DNA of 64,000 nucleotides from Eledone cirrhosa (GCA_964016885.1 OZ024741.1:103106001-103170000); one strand, 5' to 3'; shown: positions 49,375-63,185, counted from the first letter of the stretch. The notes: a model not told the origin generated them from the letters alone. Made by a program: numbers and translations.

Positions 49375-52300
49375 GATTGGCATTATATTTTGCCTCCGCC
49401 ACTCGGGCCCAGCTGACAGCTTTCGCTCCTTCGTTTCCTAGAGCACGTGTTGTGCTTCTGACCACGCAGCCTTCGTGTTTCGCATCGAAGAACTGGTTCA
49501 GTGCCGTTCTCGACGCTAACACTCTAGCCGCGTTGCCACTTCTAAGTGCCTCCTCTACCTTGGCTACTAGTTCTCTTTCTATTCTGTTTTTCTCTAAGGC
49601 TAACTCTCTGCTATACCCTATCGATTATATTCTAATTGCTTTCTTGAGAGAGTACCACCATCTATTGTTGACGATGGCTCCCGTTAACTGTTGCTTGACT
49701 AGTCTACTTATCCGTTCACTGTAAGCTTTACGTGCCGGCAACGACACGTTCAGCTTCCAGTATCCGGGACTCTGTCTATGTATTCTATCACGGTTGACTA
49801 AGCAGACGACTAACTTGTGATCTGAATAGGCAACCATGTGCATTCGTGGACAGCTTAACATCTCCTTGTCCCTTTCTCTAATGAAGAACCTATCTAAATA
49901 CGATCTAGATGTCCCGCTGCGGTTTGCACACGTCAACTGTGGTGCAGTCGGGAAATCCAGTCGATATCTATCGGCCCAGTTGATATTGGCCGATTAAAGT
50001 TTTGAGGCTGTTGCACCCCGCTCTACTGGGACATGCTCCCACATAGTCCCATGGTGCATCTAGGATACCATTCCAGTCCCCCACTAAAGGTAAGGAGCGA
50101 GACGTCCCCAGAAAAGACTCTAGACGCTTAAAGAAGTCTGGCCGTGATTGCGATTGCCCGGTCGGGGCATAAACGGCCACCAGTCTGACGGCTCCACATT
50201 CGATACTGTTCACGTCTAGGACTACCAGTCTACCCTCCGGGTCCAAGTGTACTTTCTGTACTCCGACGTCCAGGTTCTTCCGAAACAGACAGCCACTCCA
50301 CCTCCACCTCCTGACTGACAGAGAGATGCGTAGATCTCAAACTCGTCGAAGATGGGGATTAGTTACTGCCTGTTGTGGATCCTGGACTCGGTGATGGCTA
50401 TCACATCCATACTGTGTGACCTAAGGTCGTTTAAAAGTTGGCCCTGTTTCCAGGGCATCCCTAGGCCACGCACATTCACGGTTCCAACTCGTAAACTAGC
50501 CATGTTGGTGAAGAAAAGTTGGAGAAAAAGGACGAAAGGTGCACTTACCTTTTCGTTTCCTGGAGATCGGGTTGTTCAATCTCCATTTGGGTGCTGGATG
50601 GGGTGTTGGGTGTGGTGGGAAAACATTTTAACAGGACGCGGTTGATGGGTTTGTGGCAGGGGTTGCCCATGTCCTGTGAAAATTTATTTTTTAGGTCATT
50701 ATAGGTTTCCATAGAAACCCTTATAAGTTTAAGGTGTGGAGACGATTCTGCCTTGACGAAAGTTTTGCCCTCCGTCTCCACTTTGAGGTTTTGGGAGATG
50801 ACCTCCATCAAACTCTTGTTGTTCGTGTTGATGTATGCGTATTGTTGTTTGTGTTTTTGTTGTGTTGTTTTAGTTTGTTGTTCGTCCGGGAGTTTTCTTT
50901 TTATTGTGGGTGCTTGTGTTTGGGGTGGTGTTGGTGCTGGTTTTGCTGATCGGGGGATGTTTGAGTGTGGTGTTGTTTGTGTCTGTGGTTGTGTGTTGGT
51001 GTTGGTGATTGGAGTTTTGTGGGTTTTGTGGTGTCTCTTTTTTGTTTTTTAGATTTCCGCGGTTCTCCCTCTTTTTCACTTAAAGAAGGAGAAGCAGCTT
51101 CATCCGTCGATGAATAATCATCGTCAGGTGTGTGGGGTAAGGGTATGTTGTGTGGTGGTGGTGTTTCGGTGTGTGTGTTTGGTGTAGTGTTTGATGGAGT
51201 GGGATGGAGTGGGGCTGTGTTCTTCAGGGGTGTTGTCTCTGTTTTTTCTGTTGTTGTTGGTTGAGTGTCTGTTTGTTTTGGTGTGGTTGCTCGTTTCGTC
51301 TGTCGTTGTACTTGTGGTGGTGGTGGTTGTTTTGGTGTTGGTGTTGGTAATAGCGTTTTTTTATGATGTTGTTGTTGTGTATTTGTGGACAAGAGGCTTT
51401 TAGGTGAGCTGTGCTACCACAGCGAAAGCAATGGAATTTTTGTCCTTCTACCGAAATGTTTATCTTGTTGTTATTATCGATAACGACTCTTTCGGGTATT
51501 TTGGAGATTCTCTCCGGTTTCATTTGCAACAGAATCTCCAAATCTGTACCCGCCCACCTTTGTCGAATAGATTTTCGTATCGAAAGTATCATATCAGTTT
51601 CTGGCTCTACGAAGCCAGCCAAGATCCACCAGATGTTAATGTTTGGAGGTATATTTTTTATTTTTATTTTTTGTGTCATTTTCCCCATGTATATGGGAAA
51701 AAGGTGTATGCTTTTGACACCATTGGTGTCACAGAGTTGTTTGGGGCGAGTGCCTCGCTTTTAAAGAGTACGGAAACACTTCCGTACTGTTTTCCTCGCT
51801 GGAGAAAATTGACATTTGCTAGAATTTCCTTGAAAGTATCTTCTATATCTGCTTGGTTAACAAATGTCGGCTTTCTTGTGGAATTTGACACAGTCCTAAA
51901 AGTTACTGATCTGCGGATGTGTCTTCCTTTATTTCAAGGGGTGAGTTAATTCTAAACCCACCTCTTTCTTCGAAAGTTACAAATGTTCTCCCTTGCTGGA
52001 GCATATCTCTTGCGTTGGAGATATCAAGATTTATAAAATCTTGTTTTTTGTTCACTGTTTCAGCGAAAGACATTTTCTTTTTTTGTGTGGTGTTGCTGTT
52101 GTTGTTGTTGTTATAGTTGTTGGAAATATCAGTTCCTTGTCGAGGTGAAACATTATGTGTATATGTATCTGTAGAGTTGTTGATGTCTTTTTCATGTGTA
52201 TGTATGTTAATGGGTTTAATTCCTGTGTTTTCTGTGTGTTATTGTTATTTTTCTCCGCTTCGACGGTAGAAATTTAAAAATGTTCAAGTGTTAATATATT

Positions 52301-52630
52301 TTTCTCTTTGTTGACACTTGTATCTATGGCGACGTCCATAGTAGCAGAAGTAGATATAACGTTAGTATCTGCCTCTTTCTCTCTCTTTTCTCTATTAACG
52401 TTCTCCAGCGTTCTTGTGTTGCTCAAGTTATTTAGTTTGTAAAATCTGATATTTTAAAACAAATTTTTAAAATAAAATGTTCGCCCCTACAGGGGCGAAA
52501 AATGGGATTACCACCCAGCTGACAATTCAGCTTGGGGTTAATCTACAAAGTGTTATGTTTTTTCAAACAATTAATTCGGTTTTTTGCATAGAAATTAACA
52601 AAAAAGCTTACCGGCGATGTTCCACGCGTC
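49375..52630 (-). mobile_element. Tx1/L1-like LINE copy 1: 5'UTR, ORF1, APE; RT part missing
   Basis: ORF1 CCHC CFRCGSTAHLKASC. ORF2 from 50503 MASLRVGTVNVRGL, DPEGRL, VYAP, GDWN, SYLDRF, SDH, GYWKLN. Confidence 0.88.
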
Positions 52631-52651
52631 AGACAGAAAGAGAGATAGATA

Positions 52652-55600
52652 TGTTTCTTTATTAGCCACAGGGGCACAAAAGAAGGGGACAAATACAAAG
52701 GGGGAAGTTTGCATACAATAAAAACGTGTAAAATGTTATCACAAGAGACAGTTCATATGGATAACACATACCCCCCAAAAAATGTGTAACCCTCAACTCC
52801 AGGAGTACGAAGAGTTTGTACTCCTTTCCTCTCCTCCTCCTTTTCCTCAACCTACAGGCTGATATAGAGAGAAGGCCCATTCACTCGGGCCATTCTCGCC
52901 ACTTTCACCCACCTTTCATAAAACTTGCTGGGGTGCAGCACCTCTCTCTCCATCCTGATTCTTCTTCCAAAGTGGTATTTGAAAAAAAGAACCAGTTGTT
53001 GGTCGGAGAGAAAGGTGTCTGACCTCAGCCCTTCAACCTTGTCCACCATACAACCTCTTTCGCCATAGCTATCACACAAAGGAAAACCGCCTCTCCTTCG
53101 TTTTTGAAGGAGGTGGCGGTTTGATCATGACAATGGACTCGGTGGTCAACCGGATTGGTCCCACCCGCGACAATAGTCGTTCTACATAGCCCCACAGGTC
53201 AGTGACGTCCGGGCAGTGTATGAATGCGTACGCGACGGTTTCTTCGTCTCGCACGCACCTCGGACAGATCTTTTTTGCAGGGTCCCTGCCCGGGCGCCCA
53301 TGTCTGTAGAGCTTGTCTCGAACTGGTAGAGCTCCTCGGTAGCACTGCCAGGCCAGGGACTTTTGGAAGTTGTCCATCGGTCCCAGGCGGAACGTCCTAC
53401 CGAACAGACTGGCCAGTTCATCTTCCTCTACGCCTAGAGTTTCACCGAGCGCGTCGTCGCACTTGCTGTCGATCAACCCTCTATAGAATGACGAAGTGGA
53501 GTCTCCACTGATCGCCGGGTCCGCCTGCCAGAGGGCTGTGAGCGCCTGAGCACATTCGATGTGCCAGTCGCCCATTTTCCTAGGTCTTTGATTGATCCAG
53601 GACTGCAGCTCGGTCAGCGAGACGAGTCGTGGGAAGGCTCGCCTCACGAACGGGGCCCACACCGGTTGTCCGGTGAGGAATACGTAGAGATGCCGCAGCC
53701 TGAGCGCGTGTTTGCGCATCGTCAACCACGGCATCCCTAGCCCTCCGTTAGAAGGGTGTTGGCAGCAGATGGATCTTCTCACCAAAGGAGCCCGCCTCTT
53801 CCAAAGGAATCGGAAGAGCGCGCGTTCCATTTTGGCGAGCGTTTTGGCTGGACAAGGCACGACGGTCAAGCGGTAGTAGATGGCGGACGCTATAAAAGTG
53901 TTCGCCACCTCCGCTCGACCTTTCAAGGATAGTTTGCACTCGGCCCACTTCTGGGTGAGTGCAAACACCTTGGCCGTCATTTCGTTCCAGTTCTTCTCCA
54001 CCTGGAGGTCCGGTCCAAACCAGACCCCGAGCAGCTTTACCGGTCCTTCCGTCCAGTGTCCGACGACGCCATCGGAAGGCATCGGTTTGCCTCTCCACGA
54101 TCCGAGTTGCAAACCGATGGACTTGTCCCGGTTCAGCTTCGCTCCTGTGAAACTTTCGTATTCCTTCAGTAAGGTGCCGACTTCCTCGATTTGCGAGGCG
54201 CTAGACACCACTACTGTCACGTCATCGGCATAGGCCGACGCCGCTTTCCGCAGTTTCGGTTCAAGAGGGATGCCCTGCAATAGCTCCAACTTCCGCAGTA
54301 GTGGCTCGAGAGTCAGTACGTACAGAAGGGAGGAGAGAAGGCATCCCTGTCGAATGGATTTCGTAATATGGAACGGCTCTGAGAGGTAGCCGTTCACCTT
54401 GACCCTTGAGCAGATGTTGCTGTTGTTGCATTGCAGCAATCCAGCCCCTGAACACGGGTCCGAAGCCTGCTGCCTCAAGCACCGCATCCAGGTAACGATG
54501 GTCAACCCTATCGAAAGCCTTAGACTGATCCAAGTTGACCAGGGCTCCACCGAAGCCGGGTTTACACCCTACCCTCTCTATGATGTATCGCATGAGGTGG
54601 AGGTTGTCGTGTATGGACCTGGTCTGGATTGCGCATGTCTGCACTTCTCCCACCAGGTTCTCGACGACAAGCGCCAGCCTCTTGCCAACACCTTGGCCAA
54701 AATCTGTAACTCTGTGTTTAGCAGAGTTATGGGCCGGAAGTTGCCTATGTCATCCCCCTTATTCTCGTCCTTCCTGATTAGTGTGACTACGCCCCCGGTT
54801 ACAGAACTGGGAATTCTCCCGTTCTGTTGCCAGTTGCAGTAGACCGCTTCCAGGAGACCGGAGAATAAGTCCGGCATTGCTACTATAAATACGTAGGGTA
54901 GACTGTCGAGACCTGGAGATTTGCGTTTGCCGAATTGGCTCAGCGCGTCCCCTGTCTCAGCGGCTGAAATCGGCTTTTCGCAGAACTTTGCCTCGCTGTC
55001 CGAAAGTCGCGGTAGGCCGTCGAGGTATGGACCGAAATCCATAGCCCCTCCCTGCGCGCCGCCCCGCCAGAACAGTTGAACAAAGTGCCGCTGAAAGGCC
55101 GCACACATCTGCTTCGGCTCACGTATCACGCGTCCGTTTTGGTCCTTCAAAGACCGAATCGCGAACTTGTTGCCACTTTTTGCCTCCGTCACTCGGGCCC
55201 AGCTAACAGCTTTGGCTCCCTCGTTTCCCAGAGCACGTATTTTGCTTCTGACAACGCAGCCCTCGTGCTTTGCGTCGAAGAACTGGTCCAAGGCCATTCT
55301 CGTTGCTAGCACGCTGGCTACGTTGCCACTTCTAATTGCCTCTTCTACTTTATCTACCAGTTCCTTCTCGGTTCTATTTCTATCTAACGCTAATTCTTTA
55401 CTAAAAACTAACGAGTCTAATCTAACTCCCCTCTTGAGAAAGTACCACCATCTGTTGTTGACAATGGCCCCTGTCAAGTGCTGTTTAACTAAAGTGCTAA
55501 TCCGTCTACTGTAGGCTTTGCTTGTCGGTAACGACAAGTTCAGCTTCCAGTAGCCGGGTCCTTGTCTATGGGTTCTATCAAGGTTGGCCATGGAGGTCAC

Positions 55601-58463
55601 TAGTTTGTGATCTGAATAGGCAACATGAGCATTTGTGGACAGCTTAACATGTCCCTATCCTTATTTCTAACTAGAACTCTATCTAGGTACGATCTAGATG
55701 TTCCGCCACGATTAGTCCACGTCCACAGTGGCACAGTCGGAAAAATCTAGTCGATATCTATCGGCCATGTCAAATCGGTCGATTAACTGTTTGAGGCTGT
55801 TACACCCCGCTTTATCGGGACATGCTCCCACATAGTCCCAACGTACATCTAGGATTCCATTCCAGTCCCCCACTAAAAGCAAGGAGCGGGACGTTCCCAG
55901 AAAAGTCTCTAGACGTTTGAAGAAGTCTGGCCGCGGTGTCCCGGATGGGGCATATGCGGCCACCAGCCTGAAGGCTCCACCTTCACTACCGTCAACGTCT
56001 AGGACGACCAGTCGACCCTCCGGGTCCAGATGTACCGTCTGTGTTACGAGGCCCAGGTGTTTCCGCAGTAAAACGGCAACTCCGCCCCCACCCCCAGTTG
56101 ACAGAGAAATGCGTAGATCACAAAGTCATCGAAGATGGGGGTCAGCTGTCGCTCGCTGTGGATCCTGGACTCGCAAATGACTACCACATCCATACTGTGC
56201 GACCTGAGGTCGTTTAAGAGTTTGCTCTGTTTCCAGGGCATCCCCAGGCCGCGTACGTTCACACATCCAACTCTTATATTGGCCATGTTGGTGCTGAAAA
56301 GTTAAAAGAGGAAAAGAGATCACTCACCCTTCGTCTCCTGGGGACCAGGCTGCACGATTTCCATGGGGGTATTGGAGGGGTTGTCTGGGTGGGTGGTGGT
56401 TTCCGGCGGGGTGGGGACGGAGATGTTTGGTGGGGTGGGGTCTTGTGGGATGGGGGTGTCTGGGATGGGGAGACATTTGAGAAGGACGCGGTTAAGTGGT
56501 TTCACGCAGGAATTCCCCACATCCTTTTCAAATGTTTTTTTTAGGGACCTATAAGTTTGTATAGGGACCCTAATCAGTTTTAGGTGCAGTTTTTTTGTTA
56601 TTTTTAATAGAGTGGGCGAAAGTTTTCCCTTCGGTTTTCACCGAAGGGTCGTTCGTGATGGTCTCCATTAGTGTTTTGTTTTCAGTGTTTATGTAAGTGT
56701 AAGTGTAATTTTCTTGTGTTGTGTTTGTTTTTGTCTGTAGTTCTTGTGTGTGCTTTTGTTGTAGGTATTTTGTTTTCAGGAGGTGGGGGTTTTGTTTGTG
56801 ATGTTTTTGTTATTTGTGTTGGTGGTTGTATGTTTGTGGTAGTGTTTGCTGGTTTTTTGCTTTTGTGATGTCTTTTCTTTCTTTTCGAGCGATGGGGTTC
56901 TCCCTCGTCTTCACTGGGTGATGGCGAGATAGCCTCATCTGTTGTATCGTCTGTGTGATTGGGGAGGGGTATGTCTTGGGGAGCTGTTGTGTCTGTATGT
57001 GATTTTGCAGTGGTTTTAGGGGGAGTGGGGTTGGGTGGGACTGTGTTTGTTGTGGTTATTTTTGCGTTTTGGTGTTGTTGTTGTTGTGGTGGTGTTGGTG
57101 GTTGTGTTGTTTTGATGGGTGTCGGCAGAAGAGCCTTTTTTTTACTCATTAATTTAGGACAGGAAGCCCTCATGTGACCCCTGCTAAAATAATGGTAACA
57201 TGAAGGCCGCCTACCCTCAACCGAAAAGTTTATGTAGGTGAGTCCGTCCAGGAGTACACGATGTGGGATCATAGCTATTCGCTCTGGGCTCATTTGCACC
57301 AGAACTTCAATGCTAGTCCCATTGAATACATCTCTGGGGGACTTTCCTACTGACAGTATTCTGTCTTCATCAAAATTGATGAAGCCGCACAGTATCCACT
57401 ATATGTTCACCTTTGGTGTGACACTCCTAAATTTTAATCTTCTGTGTCCTCTTTCCCATGTATGTAGGGAAAAAGGTATACAGGTTGGATACAATTGGCG
57501 ACACAGAGTAATTTGGGGCCGTCAATTGATCCTTCATGAGTACCGAAATACTCCCAAAAAGTTTGCTTCTTTGAATGAATGCAATATCATTCATTGATTT
57601 TTTTGAAAACCAGTTCAATTTCTTTCTGTGACAATTGGACTGGTTTTCGGGTAGAATTGGAAACTGTCCTAAAAACTATCGTTTTGAGAGCAGTTTCCTT
57701 GCGAATTTCTACCGGAGAATTGATGCTGAAAGCACCATTTTTTTCGAAAGTGACATATCTCCTAGCGTCCTTTAAAAGTTGTTCGGCATTTGTTATGTCG
57801 AGATATGTCAGTTCCTCCTTTTTTTGAACTGTCTGTGCAAAGTAGTTTTTGGTTTCTTTGTGGAATTATCCGTGTTGGTGGTGTTGTCATTATTGTTGTT
57901 ATTCTTGTTGTTATTCTTGTTGTCACTGATGTTGATATTATTCGAATTTTCCTCGGTGTTCGTGTTGGTGTTGTTGTCTTTGATGCTGGTGTTATTGGTG
58001 TTGTCTTTATTTTTTTCTTTGTTGTTGTTGTCATTGTTGTTTTTATCATCATTATTGGTGTTGTTGTTATTTTTGTTGTCATTGAACTGTTTGGTGTCAT
58101 TTGTGTTGTTTGGATATGAATTTGTTTTTACATTTTCATTTCGTCTTTCCATCTCTATAGTATCTAGGGAAGAAGACGATGTTGACTGCGAGCTATGTAG
58201 TCTTACCGACTCTCCACCACCATTATCGTCTCTCCACCACCATAACGTAATCAAACTTTTTACAATATTTTTTCCAAAATTCGATGGAGAAAACAATTTT
58301 CAAACGAATATTTCGCCCCTGTAGGGCGAAAATGAGTTGACCCACCACCTGAAGGTCCAGACGGGGGGTCAAGTTACACAATAATATAAAATTTAACTGA
58401 AAACTCACGTTTTTTTCTTACATAAATTAACGGAAACTTCTCCGCGAAGTTACACACGTCTGG
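52652..58463 (-). mobile_element. Tx1/L1-like LINE copy 2, full length, frameshifted
   Basis: Asn/Thr-rich ORF1 ~58150-56320. ORF2 56286-~52850 with APE, KSPGLD, NFRPITLLN, LDQSKAFDRV, SIRQGC, AYADDV, CPRC..ETVAYAFIHC. AATAAA at ~52658-52663. Confidence 0.92.

Positions 58464-58522
<59 letters not shown>
58464..58522. repeat. (GATA)n microsatellite
   Basis: Direct reading. Abuts the 5' end of the Tx1 element. Confidence 0.95.
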
Positions 58523-58542
<20 letters not shown>

Positions 58543-58727
58543 TCAAGATCCCGATGGCTGAGCTCCGGCCGTTTGACAGCTAGATCCGAACTGTTCGGAT
58601 CTGGCTGTCGAAACGGCCGGAGCTCAGCCGTCGGGGTCCTGAGTCTTTTCCTATTACCCACTCTACTACTCTAAGTATCGAGTACTCTGGTGCATTATGG
58701 TCCACCTGGTTTCTTAACACACTTTCT

Positions 58728-58730
<3 letters not shown>
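58543..58730 (+). repeat. Fold-back pLTR repeat with hammerhead 3' half
   Basis: Long hairpin centred on TCCGAA ctg TTCGGA. GAAA-CGGCCGGAGCTCAGCCG-TC^GGGGTC. Confidence 0.75.
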
Positions 58731-58814
<84 letters not shown>

Positions 58815-58899
58815 CATACATACATACATACATACATACATACATACATACATACATACATACATACATACATACATACATACATACATACATACTTGA

Positions 58900-59597
58900 T
58901 ATCTGCCCCCTCGTTATCGAGTATGGCCATTGCACCATATACCATTATTAATAATTATTAATTAATTCTATCGTGCAATGTCTGTGCATGAAGATATTTT
59001 TTTAAGTGAGGAAAGACTGTGCACTGAGCCAATCCCACTCTCTGAACGACAGTAGCTATAACCCGAAAAGAAGAAAAGATTAACATCATCGGTAACTACT
59101 GAGCCGCAGGTTTTATGTCGGAGTTATCCCAGTTTCCTGAGTTGCCTTCTCCTAGAAGAATGCCCTGACAAAGGCTATGGATCCTTCACTCCCAGTGGTT
59201 TAACCGCGCGGTACATGTGTATATACATATTTACACACTTTCGGATGGCCGTTGACTCTTATGAGTTCTTCTGGCCTTTGTCAGGTTTTGTTTTTGTCCT
59301 GCAGGGTGTCCAAAATCACCCACTTCACCAAGTAAACTTGGTGGGGTTGCGACAGGTTGTTCTGGGTTACATGTTACCAGTAGCACTCAAGAGTGACCCG
59401 ACATACATACATACATGGTGGCTGCCAACTCGTTTTCGAGTACGGCCACTACTTTATATCCATGTAGGAGAACCCCTACCGATGCGCTGAACAAGTGTGA
59501 CTTTTTAGTCCAGCCAGCGACTTGAAAACTCTGGTACAAACACTACACTTGTGACAATTATTGACACATAGTGCTTGGCCCATGGTACCATGTGATG
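58900..59597 (-). mobile_element. Tandem pieces of RTE-derived non-autonomous elements
   Basis: 59414-59597 = 3' part and 59235-59403 = 5' part of the 37681 family. 58900-59212 = 31345 family. Confidence 0.75.
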
Positions 59598-60381
59598 ACA
59601 TACATACATACATACATACATACATACATACATACATACATACATACATACATACATACATACATACATACATACATACATACATACATACATAGAACTG
59701 GCAATGGCTATATTTCTAGGAAAGTGGCCTCAATACATAGAGCATGTATTATTATTGGTGATATAAAATATATAAAAACTATTATCACTAAAACAAACTT
59801 AAAGCTGAAGAGATGGAATTAAAATTTGTTGCCACCAATAAAACTTATAAACTGCCATCGATTTATCTTCTCAGTTATCGATCCTATTGGCAATCTATCA
59901 GAATCATTTTGTGATTGGTTTTATTGGTTTAATTGATGATTCTTCTCTTTACTTTATATAGGGTAGCGTATCCAATCAACATTTGCCATCTGGTGTTTCT
60001 GATTCGTTAATATCGATCTCGGTTGAGGTTTGATGTAATGAAATATACTTTCGATGATATATTGATACATTGCATTACAATTTCTTTGTTCTTTTCACAT
60101 CTGCCATCTTGTATATATACTTCCTTTCGAAACTCATTCTCCAAACCATTGCTAATGTAACTACATACTTATATACAAATACATACACACATACACGCAC
60201 ATGCATACATACATATAGACATACATGTATACACATATACATAAGAGTACATATATATATATACACACACATATACATATATATATTCATATATATATAT
60301 ATATGTGTGTATGTGTGTGTATATATATATATAAACATATATATATATATATATATAAACATATATATATATATATATATA

Positions 60382-60418
<37 letters not shown>

Positions 60419-60524
60419 TAATAATAAATTTCAAGACTAAAATCCAAAGAGGGCTCGATAAGGATAAATATATATCAAATATATAAGAACCGTAGAGCAA
60501 ATATTTATTAAAATAACAGATTAA

Positions 60525-60575
60525 AGTTTAAGCAAAGAATCGCTGCTTTCACCCTTAACGGGATCTTCTGAAACT
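60525..60575 (-). ncRNA. Hammerhead motif, variant core CAGAAGA
   Basis: Inverted copy of 61623-61673. Confidence 0.7.
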
Positions 60576-61622
60576 AACAAAGTCAATCTGTAAACGCAGA
60601 AGTGGATATTTCAAAAAACGTTGCGACCGGAGGAAGACAGGAAGACGATACGTGGATATTTTACGTCTTGATGTGGGAGCTAAGTATATGTTTTGTTTAT
60701 ACCATTACTTATTTGCATAGGTAAGTATATTTACCCGTATGTTTCGTGAAGGTACGTATACCTTCTCGTATGTATATTTGATTGTTTATGTTATGGCGTA
60801 TAAACTTTTTTTATTATTTTTATTCTGGTACATATGGTTGGGCTATGTGTATACGGGAGTTTTGCGTCTGTGTGAGTATGCAGGTTCGTACGTATGTAGG
60901 GTGTGTGTAAATGTGTACTTCATGTTTTGGTTGACTTTCGTCTCCGAACATTCGTGTATTTACATGTAGGTATGTGTGTGCGCTTGTTATTTACGTATTT
61001 ATTTATTTATATACGTTTATATAATTATTTATTTATTTATTTGTATACACGCATACACACACACACATATTTATATGTGTGTGGTTTTGTATACCGATGG
61101 TAAGTGTTTTGCGTATGCTTGTGTATGTACGTATTTGTTTGCGTGTATGTATTTATTTATTTCTATTACTTCTGTATTGTATTTATTTATTTCTATTACT
61201 TCTGTATTGTATTTATTTACTTTGTTCTCGACTCTGTAGCGGAGATTCATTCGGTCTCCTAGTTAGAATTTTAGTCTACGACTTCTGCTAAGCCATTTAC
61301 GTGGTTTTGTCTTTGCGTGCTATTGTTCTCTACGCTCCACATATGACGTATTATCTTCGTTTTTTTTTTCGTTCATTGCCAGAGAACGTCTCTATGAACC
61401 ACCTAAGAGAACATTAGTCTACGACCTCTTTTATACCATAAACGTGGTTCTGTCTTTGCGCGTAATTGTTTTTCACCGCTCCTATTAATGACGTATCTTA
61501 TTCGTTTGTTCCCGATCTTTGCCAGCGAACGTTTCCACGAACCAAAGTATCGTCTTCCTGTCTTCCTCCGGTCGCAACGTTTTTTTAAATATCCACTTCT
61601 GCGTTTACAGATTGACTTTGTT

Positions 61623-61673
61623 AGTTTCAGAAGATCCCGTTAAGGGTGAAAGCAGCGATTCTTTGCTTAAACT
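61623..61673 (+). ncRNA. Hammerhead motif, variant core CAGAAGA
   Basis: AGTTT-CAGAAGA-TCCC gttaa GGGT-GAAA-GCA gcgattctt TGC-TT^AAACT. Confidence 0.7.
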
Positions 61674-61710
61674 TTAATCTGTTATTTTAATAAATATATA
61701 TATATATATA

Positions 61711-61925
61711 CTCCTAGGTTGACGCCAACAACGAACGCCTTCCCGTCCGGGCGACGTAAAAGTCTGAAACCTTTTCGCCGAACGTCTCGCGCCGCCTAGC
61801 GTGCCCTTTATTTACGTGTCCCAACAACTTTTTTTAGCCGTTGCTCGCACCAACCTGAGGTATATGGCCTTTAAAGCGACGAAATGCCTACGACGGTTGG
61901 AAGGCCACTGATGAAGGACAAACTT

Positions 61926-61930
<5 letters not shown>
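61711..61930 (+). repeat. Interspersed repeat, family of ~20441-20567
   Basis: Shared TTTACGTGTCCCAAC..GCCGTTGCTCGCACCAACC..CACTGATGAAGGAC. Confidence 0.65.
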
Positions 61931-61970
<40 letters not shown>

Positions 61971-61974
61971 TATA

Positions 61975-62150
61975 TAACAAAGGAATTGTGGTAAGGAACC
62001 AGATGGACCATAACGCACCAGAGTACTCAATACTTAGGGTACTAGAGTGGGAAATAGGAAAAAGTATGACCCCGACGGCAGAGCTCAAGCCGTTTCGACG
62101 GCTATTTCCGTTGAAACGGCTTGAGCTCTGCCGTCGGGGTCATAGTTTTT

Positions 62151-62153
<3 letters not shown>
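61975..62153. repeat. Fold-back pLTR repeat with hammerhead 3' halves
   Basis: GACCCCGACGGCAGAGCTCAAGCCGTTTC..GAAACGGCTTGAGCTCTGCCGTCGGGGTC. Confidence 0.75.
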
Positions 62154-62187
<34 letters not shown>

Positions 62188-62327
62188 CTATAGTACAAAT
62201 ATTGGTATAAATATACAAGGGCTGGAGCACTCACTCCATAGGAGTTAAGTATAAATATTTACGACAGTAACAAGTACAGGTACTTAAGTTTTGTTGGGTT
62301 ATTCACCTCCAACTCATTCAGACTAAT

Positions 62328-62491
<164 letters not shown>

Positions 62492-63019
62492 TTGCACTCT
62501 GAAATCAAATTACGCCGAGATCAACTGTATTTTCCATTATTTCAGGGTCGTAAAATCTAGTTCCACTCCAGAGCACTGGCTTTGCGGAATTTTTAGACCA
62601 TCTGACTAAGATTCCTTGCACTATTTGTTCCGGTTGCTTATATTCAGAATTCAAATCCTTAAATTGTATAAGAGTACTACTTGTTTATATATTTATAGTT
62701 CCCTGAAATACCTTTTGAATCAGTTTCCTTTTCCAAAGCATAGGTTAACACTTCGAACCCTGTGACAAACTTCTCCATTTTGCTTTATTATCTACACTCT
62801 CCTTCACCAGAGCCTCGCTTTCATTTACTCCTCCATCACACCAAGCCATGTCTTTCGTGGTAGTCCTCATCTTCTTCTTCCTTCCACATTCATTTTCACA
62901 GTCACTTCCATCATTCTTCAATATATGACCCAGTCATCTCACACCATTTCTCTTACCTTCACTATCTCTAACAAGACTTAAGTACATTCTCCCTGATGTT
63001 ACTTTATTGTCTGATAATA

Positions 63020-63185
63020 AATTGTCGCGATTCTTTCCGTTGTAAGTTCAAATCTTGGTGACGTGAACTTTGCCTGCAATCCTTTCGGTGTTGATAAAAT
63101 AAAGTACTAGTCATGTCCGGGGATAGATTTAATCGACTTACCTCACCCCCAAAAGTGTTGGCCTTGTGCCTAAATCCGAAACTAA
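63020..63185 (+). mobile_element. Nin-domain SINE, degenerate
   Basis: AAGTTCAAATC, TTTGCCTGCAATCCTTTCGGTGTTGATAAAATAAAGTAC, GGCCTTGTGCCTAAA. Confidence 0.7.

Larger units (their letters stand above)
60420..61695 (+). mobile_element. Non-coding pLTR element of the 42418 Naiad family with inverted 5' arm
   Basis: 60970-61695 is the reverse complement of 42590-43260. IR 60504-60650 / 61545-61695. Confidence 0.85.
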
